From: an uncultured Gammaproteobacteria bacterium
Lineage (GTDB): Bacteria > Patescibacteriota > Microgenomatia > Daviesbacterales > UBA10151
Direction: 5' to 3'
Assembly: GCA_964504985.1 (NCBI GenBank)
Contig: CAZDFU010000005.1
Location: forward strand, 1-46,417
Length of the DNA stretch: 46,417 bases
Part shown: positions 1 through 6,845 of the stretch, piece after piece
Numbering within the stretch: position 1 is the first letter of the stretch
Layout: each line of letters begins with the position of its first letter
Made by a program: the position numbers and the translations under genes
The notes under the pieces: model-generated
Seen by the model: only the letters and a program-made list of their open reading frames with translations
Database searches by the model: none
Told to the model about the DNA's origin: nothing

Positions 1-654
1 CCCTTCAAGGATAAAAGGAGTTCTGATAAAAGAGGGAGAAGCCCCAAGCAGTCTCATTATTTCAATTTCTCCCCTCTTAATTCTGATCTTAAATCCAATA
101 ATCATAATCACCACCAGCAGGGCAAAAATCATTAAAAACCCAACTGTTGTTAAGCCCACCATCCTGATAACCCAGGTTAAAGATGTTAATGTTTCAACTA
201 CGTCTTCTGGTACAATCACCTCTGATACAACAGGCTCTTTTTTTAAGATCTCAGCAATAGGAGATAAGTCTTCTGGAGTTTGGGTAGAAATTTCAAGCGA
301 TGCTGGCAGGATATTTGCTGTCACCAACTCTAAAAGAGCAGGATCATTTTTATTTTTTTCTCTATAAACTTCTAATGCATCTTCTTTGGAAACATATTCT
401 GTTTTTGTTACCCTGCTTTCCAACTTAAGAGCACCTTCTATAGCCTGGATATCCTGGTTAGTTGTGCCTTCTTTAAAAAAAGCAATAACTTGTGGTTTAC
501 TTTCAAAATACCTTAATGCTGTTTGTGAACCTGCAGCTATCAGGACAAAAGTAAATAATGAGAAAAATGTTAAAAACATTACCATCACAGCAGCGATGGC
601 CTGAAAAGGCGTTCTTCTGATATTTCTTTTAGCGTATTCAAAGGCTCTATTCAT
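1..654 (-). CDS. ftsX: Cell division permease FtsX, 3'-truncated by the window edge
   Basis: Not in the ORF track (no stop in window). My translation from ATG at 654: MNRAFEYAKRNIRRTPFQAIAAVMVMFLTFF...VSKEDALE...LPASLEI...EIEIMRLLGASPLFIRTPFILEG. The EIEIMRLLGA...IRxPFILEG motif is typical of FtsX. Overlaps the ftsE stop by 8 nt. Confidence 0.93.
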   Translation of the reverse strand, partial: MNRAFEYAKRNIRRTPFQAIAAVMVMFLTFFSLFTFVLIAAGSQTALRYFESKPQVIAFFKEGTTNQDIQAIEGALKLESRVTKTEYVSKEDALEVYREKNKNDPALLELVTANILPASLEISTQTPEDLSPIAEILKKEPVVSEVIVPEDVVETLTSLTWVIRMVGLTTVGFLMIFALLVVIMIIGFKIRIKRGEIEIMRLLGASPSFIRTPFILEG

Positions 655-1321
655 ATTTACCCTCTTTTGTATCTTTAGAGATTTTGCCGTTTTTAAGAAC
701 AATTACCCTTCTTTTTAGTGTATTAACTATTTCCTGATTATGGGTAGCCATAATAATAGTAGTCCCCCAGGAATTGATCTCATTTAATAGCTGAATCACT
801 CCCCAGGCAGTTTTTGGATCTAAATCTCCGGTAGGCTCATCTGCCAGAAGTACATCAGGTTTTCCAATAGCAGCTCTGGCTATGGCGGTTCTTTGAGCTT
901 CTCCGCCTGATAATTGTCTGGGGAAAAGGCTCCGTTTGTCCCAAATTTCTACCAATTTCAACATATGCTCTACCATTTTACTGATTTCTGCATTAGATTT
1001 CCCCAAAACTTCCAAGGCCAAAGCTACATTTTCAAAAACAGACCTTTCGTCCAAAAGTTTGAAATCCTGAAATACCACACCTACTTTTCTTCTTAAGTGA
1101 GGAATATCTTTGTCTTTGAGTTTGCTGATATCTTCTTTGCCAACAAAAGCCTTACCTGAAGTAGGCATCAATTCCCGTGTAAGTATTTTTAAAAGTGTAG
1201 ATTTACCAGCGCCTGAGGGGCCAACAATAAACACAAACTCACCTTGTTTTATTTCCAGTGAGATATTGTCTAATGCTGCAGATGAGCCAAATTTTTTGGT
1301 GATATTTTCAAAACTAATCAT
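647..1321 (-). CDS. ftsE: Cell division ABC ATPase FtsE
   Basis: Walker A GPSGAGKST, VVFQDFKLL, LSGGEAQR signature, Walker B LLADEPTG, ATH loop; directly upstream of ftsX. Confidence 0.95.
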   Translation of the reverse strand: MISFENITKKFGSSAALDNISLEIKQGEFVFIVGPSGAGKSTLLKILTRELMPTSGKAFVGKEDISKLKDKDIPHLRRKVGVVFQDFKLLDERSVFENVALALEVLGKSNAEISKMVEHMLKLVEIWDKRSLFPRQLSGGEAQRTAIARAAIGKPDVLLADEPTGDLDPKTAWGVIQLLNEINSWGTTIIMATHNQEIVNTLKRRVIVLKNGKISKDTKEGKYE

Positions 1322-1328
1322 AGCTATC

Positions 1329-1400
1329 AGTCATCAGGCATCAGTTGTCCCGGTCTAACGGGGATAAATCGGGATAGCTGAAGATTGAAAGCTGATGACT
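1329..1400. repeat. Intergenic nested inverted repeat (long hairpin) with degenerate 7-nt repeat units
   Basis: agtcatcag (1329-1337) is the exact reverse complement of ctgatgact (1392-1400). cagttgtcccggt (1342-1354) pairs with atcgggatagctg (1368-1380) if G-T pairs are allowed. The left arm is ctatcag-tcatcag-gcatcag. Confidence 0.7.
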
Positions 1401-1845
1401 ATTTAAGTTCCTCTACTTTGCCTACATCCATTAGCCAGCCTTCTTTTAAAGCTTTTTGGGTTTCACCAAAAACTTTAACTTTTTTACCCTCGTATTTTGA
1501 CAGATCAATTACAGAGGAAGTTAGGGCTACAGGGACAGCACCTTGACGTTCTAGAATATGAGTTCCTTCTGAATATTCGCTGCCCGAAGCCCGCGGTTTA
1601 GTTTTAACTGTGCCTTCAGCAAAGTCACGGAAAGTTCTGGTGTCTGACTGAGCATTTTTTGCAGGCGTGCCTAAGGCAGAGCTAGCTAGCCCTCCATTAC
1701 CACCTTTATTCGAAAGGATAAAACCTGTAACTATGCCTAATATCAGGGAAGCTATAACAACTGTTAAAAGAAGCTTTTTGGCATTAGCAGGTGAGGTAAA
1801 ACTTTTTGTTATTCTATCTGTTGGAAGTGTTTGGGCATTTGACAT
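1399..1845 (-). CDS. Hypothetical single-pass membrane protein with a small beta-rich (OB-fold-like) C-terminal domain
   Basis: 148 aa; one hydrophobic segment (LLLTVVIASLILGIVTGFIL), a Gly/Ala/Ser linker, then a short beta-strand pattern ending GKKVKVFG...LMDVGKVEEL. Co-oriented between prfB and ftsE. Confidence 0.75.
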   Translation of the reverse strand: MSNAQTLPTDRITKSFTSPANAKKLLLTVVIASLILGIVTGFILSNKGGNGGLASSALGTPAKNAQSDTRTFRDFAEGTVKTKPRASGSEYSEGTHILERQGAVPVALTSSVIDLSKYEGKKVKVFGETQKALKEGWLMDVGKVEELK

Positions 1846-1903
1846 AAGGTATTAGTTAATATTAACCATAAATTGAGTAATTTGTCTAGTGGTTGAACTG
1901 TAA

Positions 1904-2983
1904 CTATCCAAGAGACTGCTTATTGATTACCTCAGCTTCTATAAAATTATCCAGTTCCCCATCCAATACTGCATCTGTGTCTGAAGTTTCAATATTGGTT
2001 CTTAAGTCTTTGACCATATGATAAGGATGTAAAACATATGATCTGATCTGAGTACCCCAGGAAGCCTGGGTGGTTGTTTTTAGCCCCTGAGTTTGGACTT
2101 TTTCCTGTTCTTCTTTTAGTGCCCAGAGTTTAGCTCTTAACATTTTTAAAGCATTTTCCCTGTTTTGAAGTTGAGACCGCTCTGTTTGGCAGGTAACTAC
2201 AATACCAGATGGGATATGTTTAAGTCTTACTGCTGTTGAAACTTTATTAACATTTTGTCCTCCTGCCCCACCAGACCTGAAGGCAGAAAACTCCAAATCT
2301 GAATCATTTATTTCAACTTCAGTTGGATTATCAATAACCGGTAAAACTTCAACCAGGGCAAAAGATGTTTGACGCAATTTATCAGCATTAAAAGGTGATT
2401 GTCTGACTAGCCTATGAGTGCCTGCCTCCCCTTTTAAGTGGCCATAAGAAAGCGGGGCATGAATAATCATGGAAACTTCTTTAATCCCAGCTTCTTCCCC
2501 AGGGGATTCATTAGTCAGCTCAAAACTCCAGCCTTTTTTTTCAAAATATCTTTGATACATTCTAACAAGCATTGAAGCCCAGTCCATAGCTTCCACTCCC
2601 CCAGCTCCTGAGTGAACAGAAACAATGGCATCTGAGTTATCATGCGGGCCAGATAAAAAGGTTCTCAGTTCAAATTCTTTTAAAAGCTTTTCAATCTCTT
2701 TAGTTTCTACTTGTAAATCAGCAAGCATTGATTCATCTGTTGCCAGTTCTAAACTATCATTTATTCTTTGCTCCAAGCTTTCCAAAGTTTGAACAGCTTT
2801 TTGTTTATCTGATAAATCCTGAGAGATTTTTCTGGCCTGATCAGTATCATTCCAAAATCCTTCTTTCATGGTTTGAGCCTCAAGTTCCCTGATTTCTATT
2901 CTTAATTTATCCTGATCAATTTGAGCTGAAATTTGTCCAAATCTATCTTTTAGTTCTTTAAGTTTTTTCTGCAATTCTTCCAT
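1904..2983 (-). CDS. prfB: Peptide chain release factor 2, single uninterrupted frame
   Basis: SPF stop-recognition tripeptide (RLVRQSPF), GGQ motif ([11 protein letters not shown]), [20 protein letters not shown]. No internal CTT-TGA frameshift site. Confidence 0.97.
   Translation of the reverse strand: MEELQKKLKELKDRFGQISAQIDQDKLRIEIRELEAQTMKEGFWNDTDQARKISQDLSDKQKAVQTLESLEQRINDSLELATDESMLADLQVETKEIEKLLKEFELRTFLSGPHDNSDAIVSVHSGAGGVEAMDWASMLVRMYQRYFEKKGWSFELTNESPGEEAGIKEVSMIIHAPLSYGHLKGEAGTHRLVRQSPFNADKLRQTSFALVEVLPVIDNPTEVEINDSDLEFSAFRSGGAGGQNVNKVSTAVRLKHIPSGIVVTCQTERSQLQNRENALKMLRAKLWALKEEQEKVQTQGLKTTTQASWGTQIRSYVLHPYHMVKDLRTNIETSDTDAVLDGELDNFIEAEVINKQSLG
2944..2983. repeat. Direct repeat copy A (functional prfB 5' end)
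   Basis: 34/40 identical to 3684-3723, with a perfect 20-bp core tttttctgcaattcttccat (2964-2983 = 3704-3723); offset 740 bp. Confidence 0.9.
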
Positions 2984-2989
2984 AAGTAA

Positions 2990-3018
2990 ATTATAATCTA
3001 CTTGACTACTACATACAA
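2990..3018 (-). promoter_or_regulatory. Sigma70-type promoter for leaderless prfB
   Basis: Minus strand TTGTAT (3018-3013), 17 bp, TATAAT (2995-2990), 6 nt, ATG (2983). Confidence 0.7.
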
Positions 3019-3040
3019 CTTATATACAATGTTTGTATAT
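3002..3040 (+). promoter_or_regulatory. TA operon promoter with overlapping palindromic operator
   Basis: TTGACT (3002-3007), 17 bp, TACAAT (3025-3030). Inverted repeat atatacaa-tgt-ttgtatat (3022-3040) covers the -10 and start codon; an extra half-site atacaa lies at 3013-3018. Confidence 0.75.
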
Positions 3041-3290
3041 GCAAACACAGACATTTAACATAGCTTTACCTAAAGATTTGGTTAAAAAGATAGATCAGGT
3101 AGCTAAAAAGGAATATAAAAACAGAAGTGAATTAATCCGTGAAGCTCTGAGGATTTACTTGCAAAATATGCAAGAATGGGAAGATATTTTTGTGTATGGA
3201 AAGAAAATAGGTAAAAAGATGGGTATTCAGAGTGAGGAAGATGTTAATAAAATAGTTTATGAATTCAGGCACGGTAAAAAGCAGCCTTAA
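3039..3290 (+). CDS. CopG/ribbon-helix-helix antitoxin
   Basis: TFNIALPKDLVKKIDQVAKKEYKNRSELIREALR is a beta-helix-helix RHH pattern. ATG 3039 is preferred over TTG 3033 because it lies downstream of the -10 box. Overlaps the PIN gene. Confidence 0.88.
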   Translation: MQTQTFNIALPKDLVKKIDQVAKKEYKNRSELIREALRIYLQNMQEWEDIFVYGKKIGKKMGIQSEEDVNKIVYEFRHGKKQP

Positions 3291-3693
3291 AGTTGTTTTG
3301 GACACTAATATTTTTATATCAGCATTAGTTTTTGGAGGCAAACCTGAGGAAATTTACAGATTGGTTTTAACAAAAAAACTTACTGCCTATATATCCCCTA
3401 TTATTCTTGCTGAAATAATAGAGATTTTGACTAAAAGATTTAACTTTAACCAAATTAGGTTAAGACAAATTGAAAGAAAAATTAGAAAAAGTTTTATGAT
3501 TGTTAATCCTACAAGAGATATAAACGTAATAAGAGATCCAGATGATGATAGAATCCTAGAGGCAGCAATAGAGGGGAATTGTGATTATATTGTAACAGGA
3601 GACAAAGATCTTCTTGATCTTAAAAAGTATAAAAAAATCAAGATATTAACCTCAGAACAATTTCTGTCTGAAATATCTCCTTTTATATTTTAA
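3259..3693 (+). CDS. PIN-domain (VapC-like, TIGR00305-type) toxin
   Basis: VVLDTNIFISAL, EIIE, RDPDDDRILEAA, DYIVTGDKDLL: the acidic PIN active-site pattern. Start codon uncertain. Confidence 0.9.
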   Translation: MNSGTVKSSLKVVLDTNIFISALVFGGKPEEIYRLVLTKKLTAYISPIILAEIIEILTKRFNFNQIRLRQIERKIRKSFMIVNPTRDINVIRDPDDDRILEAAIEGNCDYIVTGDKDLLDLKKYKKIKILTSEQFLSEISPFIF

Positions 3694-3723
3694 TTCTCTC
3701 AACTTTTTCTGCAATTCTTCCAT
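3652..3723 (-). pseudogene. Orphaned prfB 5' fragment (repeat copy B), 23-codon mini-ORF antisense to the toxin end
   Basis: Translates [23 protein letters not shown], versus prf[17 protein letters not shown]. Confidence 0.7.
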
Positions 3724-3729
3724 GAAGGA

Positions 3730-3758
3730 ATAATATTCTCTTTCTTGTAAAGATACAA
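3730..3758 (-). promoter_or_regulatory. Second prfB-type promoter in front of the orphaned fragment
   Basis: Minus strand TTGTAT (3758-3753), 17 bp, TATTAT (3735-3730), 6 nt, ATG (3723); same geometry and same 740-bp offset as the prfB promoter. Confidence 0.6.
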
Positions 3759-3780
3759 AATATCCAATGTGCAGCTACAA

Positions 3781-3799
3781 TTCCACCTCCGAGGTGGAA
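3781..3799. repeat. Perfect GC-rich palindrome (REP-like)
   Basis: ttccacctc-c-gaggtggaa, 9-bp arms with a 1-nt centre; outer tgtgc (3768-3772) / gcaca (3800-3804). Confidence 0.65.
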
Positions 3800-3847
3800 G
3801 CACAAATCATTTTCCACAGTCTGAATAAAGCAAAGCGAACTTTGAAG

Positions 3848-3877
3848 TTGCAATCGAGCCTATAGTTTTGATATAAT
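3848..3877 (+). promoter_or_regulatory. Promoter for the leaderless 438-aa ORF
   Basis: TTGCAA (3848-3853), 18 bp, TGnTATAAT (3869-3877), 7 nt, ATG 3885. Confidence 0.7.
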
Positions 3878-3884
3878 TTGCTGT

Positions 3885-5201
3885 ATGAATTCACCTGATT
3901 TTGCCTTAGATAAATGGGGATACGCACCAACTGATGTAAATTCTTTAATGAGCAGAGTTTCTTCAGATGACTTAGATTTAAAAGAAGAATTAGAGATTAC
4001 TTTGCAAGCGGGCGGAGGTAAAGCATTTGGTTTAAAGATTTGCGAACTTGTAGCTTCTAATTTCTTCCATTTACCTCATAGAATGATAGTTCCAAAGTGG
4101 GATGTTTTAAAAGATATTAGATTAATAGAGCATAATTTCGGTAGTGTGCTGCGTAGTTCGGCTCCGCTAGAGGATTGGTTGAATAGCGATAGTGGGGTTT
4201 TGCCAAGTTTTACACATGATTTACTTGATATAGCGAAATTTAATTGGTTAAAAAGGGAGAATGCTCTACCTGATGTTCCTTATATAAAACAAGAGCATAG
4301 AGAAGGATTAGGTTTAGTTTTAGATGTAGGCTACTCACATTTAGAAAGGAAAATTTTGATGAGAATCGCAGCTGGTAATGAGCGGTTTCCTGACGGTTTG
4401 CCATCTACTAGACAACATGGTATTTTTACTTCTGCAACTAATGACACAGAAGCAAGTGCAGGAGTATGGGATGCAGAAACAGGTGAACCTGTATTGCCTA
4501 CACGAAATTTTGGACATAGATCTCTTAATAAAGAGAATGCTGTGTATTACAACATACTAGCAAGACCTTTATTAAAAGCCCTAAGAAAAACGGGTATAGA
4601 TTTTGGTGTTCAAATGGAAATAATTGAACATCCAGATCAAGGAAGTGTTTTGAATATAGTTCAAATTCGGCCTACACCAGCAAGGGTTTGCAGACCTATT
4701 TTTGATTCTAAATCTCCATTTCAACAGGAGAAAGAAAAAATAATTGCCAGATCAGCAATTGTAAATGGTGTATTTGATATTACAGGTGAAGTACTCTTTT
4801 TTGGAAATGATGGAATTAAAAATAATTATGAGTCACGAAGATGGGGTAAGGAGCGATTGATGGAAGGTAAGATAGGGATTTATGATGAGACTACAGGTAA
4901 GGATTATGCTTGTAACTTACAATATAGTATGGCTGCAGAAGTTTATTATGGAGGATATTTGGCTGGGTGTGATGCGCAATTAACACCAGTGGCAATACGA
5001 CCCAATACACATCATGGTAGCATGTCAAATCCTCCACATCTTGAGGAGGTTTACCAACTTTTGGATCAAAACTGTGGCATGGTTTCTCTAAGGTCAAGCG
5101 AGATAGATAAGATTCAAGCTTTAGCTAAACAAAGCGATAAACCTCTTAAGCTAAGGATAGTTTCTGATGGTTTAATTGCTCAAGTACGAACTATTAAATA
5201 A
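3885..5201 (+). CDS. Hypothetical protein, divergent PEP-synthase/PPDK N-terminal (ATP-grasp)-like
   Basis: 438 aa. GGKAFGL, VLRSSAPLED and NIVQIRP occur in the order of the PPDK_N motifs GGKxxxL, VRSSAxxED and ilQxRP. Family call by eye only. Confidence 0.5.
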   Translation: MNSPDFALDKWGYAPTDVNSLMSRVSSDDLDLKEELEITLQAGGGKAFGLKICELVASNFFHLPHRMIVPKWDVLKDIRLIEHNFGSVLRSSAPLEDWLNSDSGVLPSFTHDLLDIAKFNWLKRENALPDVPYIKQEHREGLGLVLDVGYSHLERKILMRIAAGNERFPDGLPSTRQHGIFTSATNDTEASAGVWDAETGEPVLPTRNFGHRSLNKENAVYYNILARPLLKALRKTGIDFGVQMEIIEHPDQGSVLNIVQIRPTPARVCRPIFDSKSPFQQEKEKIIARSAIVNGVFDITGEVLFFGNDGIKNNYESRRWGKERLMEGKIGIYDETTGKDYACNLQYSMAAEVYYGGYLAGCDAQLTPVAIRPNTHHGSMSNPPHLEEVYQLLDQNCGMVSLRSSEIDKIQALAKQSDKPLKLRIVSDGLIAQVRTIK

Positions 5202-5208
5202 GTAATTA

Positions 5209-5217
5209 TGGTAGAAT
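5209..5217 (+). promoter_or_regulatory. Extended -10 promoter for leaderless tsaB
   Basis: TGgTAGAAT (5209-5217), 6 nt, ATG 5224. Confidence 0.6.
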
Positions 5218-5223
5218 TTTTCC

Positions 5224-5526
5224 ATGATTTTATATATTGATACTAAAGATCAAAAAGTTATCAGGGTTTCACTTAAAGACAAGGGGGAAGTGGTCTGCAG
5301 TTTAACTGAAGAGAATGAATATGGCTCACAGGTATTGTTGCCACTTATTAAAAAGATACTAGATGCTAGTAAGCTAGATTTTAGTTCTTTGAAAGGTATA
5401 GAAGTAGAAACAGGGCGGGGTTCTTTTACAGGACTAAGAGTTGGAGTATCTGTTGCGAATGCTTTGGGGTATTCATTAGGGATACCAGTAAATGGAAAAA
5501 GCATAGAAACTGAATTAAACTACTAG
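5224..5526 (+). CDS. tsaB: Short TsaB (t6A biosynthesis) family protein
   Basis: ILYIDT start, SQVLLPLIKKIL, GSFTGLRVGVSVANALGYSLGIPV. Only 100 aa, corresponding to the N-terminal half. Confidence 0.85.
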   Translation: MILYIDTKDQKVIRVSLKDKGEVVCSLTEENEYGSQVLLPLIKKILDASKLDFSSLKGIEVETGRGSFTGLRVGVSVANALGYSLGIPVNGKSIETELNY

Positions 5527-5544
5527 GATAAGAAGATAAGAGTA
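5524..5544. repeat. Left inverted-repeat arm of the four-helix-bundle element
   Basis: taggataaga (5524-5533) complements tcttatccta (5948-5957); agataagagt (5534-5543) complements actcttatct (5931-5940). Confidence 0.8.
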
Positions 5545-5545
5545 T

Positions 5546-5932
5546 CTAGTGATGAGTCTGTTTTCGTCGCAGAGTATTAAGCGTAGCAATTAGCATTTTA
5601 ATAGTTTCTTCATTTAAAAGTTGTATTTGTTTTATATCATTAGAAAATTTTGGATAAGTTTCTGCTAATAGTTCAAGCCAATATTCTGTTTCCCTTGCTG
5701 AACCTAGAGCCATCTGAATAAATCTAGGATATTCTTTACCTAGATATTTTCCATATCCTTCAGCTATACACGCTCCTATTGAGAAACTTGATCTTAAAAC
5801 TTGATCAGTTATTATCCAAACAATTCTTTCATTAGGTAGAATTCTTGTTAATTGAATGATTTTTCTACTTACTTCTTTTGATGTTTGCCAAAATTTTAAT
5901 TCTTTATAAGAATTTAAACTTTGACTAATCAC
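5546..5932 (-). CDS. Four helix bundle protein (23S rRNA IVP / TIGR02436-like)
   Basis: SYKELKFWQ...DQVLRSSFSIGACIAEGYG...RFIQMALGSARETEYWL...IKML matches the family pattern. GTG start. Confidence 0.9.
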   Translation of the reverse strand: MISQSLNSYKELKFWQTSKEVSRKIIQLTRILPNERIVWIITDQVLRSSFSIGACIAEGYGKYLGKEYPRFIQMALGSARETEYWLELLAETYPKFSNDIKQIQLLNEETIKMLIATLNTLRRKQTHH

Positions 5933-5957
5933 TCTTATCTTAATTACTCTTATCCTA
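5931..5957. repeat. Right inverted-repeat arm of the four-helix-bundle element
   Basis: actcttatct-taatt-actcttatccta: two tandem units, each complementary to the left arm. Confidence 0.8.
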
Positions 5958-5960
5958 AAA

Positions 5961-5969
5961 TGCTATACT
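5961..5969 (+). promoter_or_regulatory. Extended -10 promoter for the leaderless CAP-rml operon
   Basis: TGcTATACT (5961-5969), 6 nt, ATG 5976. Confidence 0.65.
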
Positions 5970-5975
5970 TTTAAT

Positions 5976-6845
5976 ATGGCTTTTCATAAATGGTTCATAC
6001 CTCACCGTGATACTCATAAAAAAGCACACCTAATATCCTGGGAGGCTTTGCTTATTTATATACTCTTTTTTATCTTTCTTCAGGTTGGATTTTCCATCAT
6101 AAGTTATACCAAGCCTGGAGTTTTAGGAATCTCCTCAAGTGTTGATCAAAAAACTCTTATTGAGCTAACAAATAAAGAAAGAATAGAAAAGGGTTTGCCT
6201 GCTTTGGTAGAAAATGAAGCCTTAAATAAGGCAGCTCAACTGAAGGCAGAAAATATGTTATCAGAAAATTACTGGGCGCATTTTGCCCCCTCAGGCAAAA
6301 CTCCTTGGGATTTTATAATAGGAGCAGGTTATAAATTTACTTTTGCCGGCGAAAATTTAGCCAAAAACTTTTATTCATCAGATGAAGTGGTAAAAGCTTG
6401 GATGGCCTCACCAACTCACCGGGATAATTTATTAAATTCAAAATATAAAGATATAGGGATTGCTGTTTTAGAAGGGGTTTTAAACGGACAGAAAACAACT
6501 TTAGTAGTGCAGGAATTTGGCACAACTCAAATAGGAGTACAAGAGGCTTCCATTGATGTTTCTGGCAAAAAAGTTACAGTTTCCCAGGAAGAATTTGAAA
6601 AACCATTATTTTTAGGAGTAGCTGAAATTAAACCAAATATAAAACCTATGCTTGATCCATATATAGTATTTAAAACAGCAGGATTTAGTATAATTTTAAT
6701 AATTGCAGTTCTTTTAATTATTGATATTTGGGTTTTAAAAAGAAGAGGGGTATTTAGGATCTCTTCACATAATATAGCTCATATGGCTTTACTTTCTTTG
6801 GCAGCAGGTAGTCTATATATGGTCAGTCCAGGAGCAATATTATGA
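5976..6845 (+). CDS. Membrane-anchored CAP/SCP-domain protein
   Basis: LTNKER, LNKAAQLKAENML...YWAH, GENLA, WMASPTHRDNLL...DIGI; N- and C-terminal hydrophobic segments. Confidence 0.92.
   Translation: MAFHKWFIPHRDTHKKAHLISWEALLIYILFFIFLQVGFSIISYTKPGVLGISSSVDQKTLIELTNKERIEKGLPALVENEALNKAAQLKAENMLSENYWAHFAPSGKTPWDFIIGAGYKFTFAGENLAKNFYSSDEVVKAWMASPTHRDNLLNSKYKDIGIAVLEGVLNGQKTTLVVQEFGTTQIGVQEASIDVSGKKVTVSQEEFEKPLFLGVAEIKPNIKPMLDPYIVFKTAGFSIILIIAVLLIIDIWVLKRRGVFRISSHNIAHMALLSLAAGSLYMVSPGAIL

Larger units (their letters stand above)
2984..3683. mobile_element. Putative integrated toxin-antitoxin cassette bounded by duplicated prfB 5' ends
   Basis: The segment between the two repeat copies holds only a promoter region plus RHH and PIN genes. 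No recombinase is encoded, so mobility is inferred. Confidence 0.55.

Noticed and set aside
386-1358. Plus-strand ORFs 386-604, 914-1096 and 1110-1358
   Set aside because: Antisense shadows of ftsX/ftsE with no recognisable motifs.
1855-1866. 12-bp palindrome gttaatattaac upstream of the 148-aa gene
   Set aside because: Almost all A/T, so plausible by chance here; single occurrence.
1904-2983. Programmed +1 frameshift in prfB or recoded TGA (code 25)
   Set aside because: The ORF is continuous with no CTT-TGA site; RF2 is intact and TGA terminates many genes.
3271-3273. In-frame ACG as a possible weakened toxin start codon
   Set aside because: An in-frame ATG exists 12 nt upstream (3259); cannot be decided without homolog alignment or ribosome profiling.
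5546-5932. Diversity-generating retroelement (Avd-like gene)
   Set aside because: No reverse transcriptase and no template/variable repeat pair with adenine-specific mismatches seen in the window.
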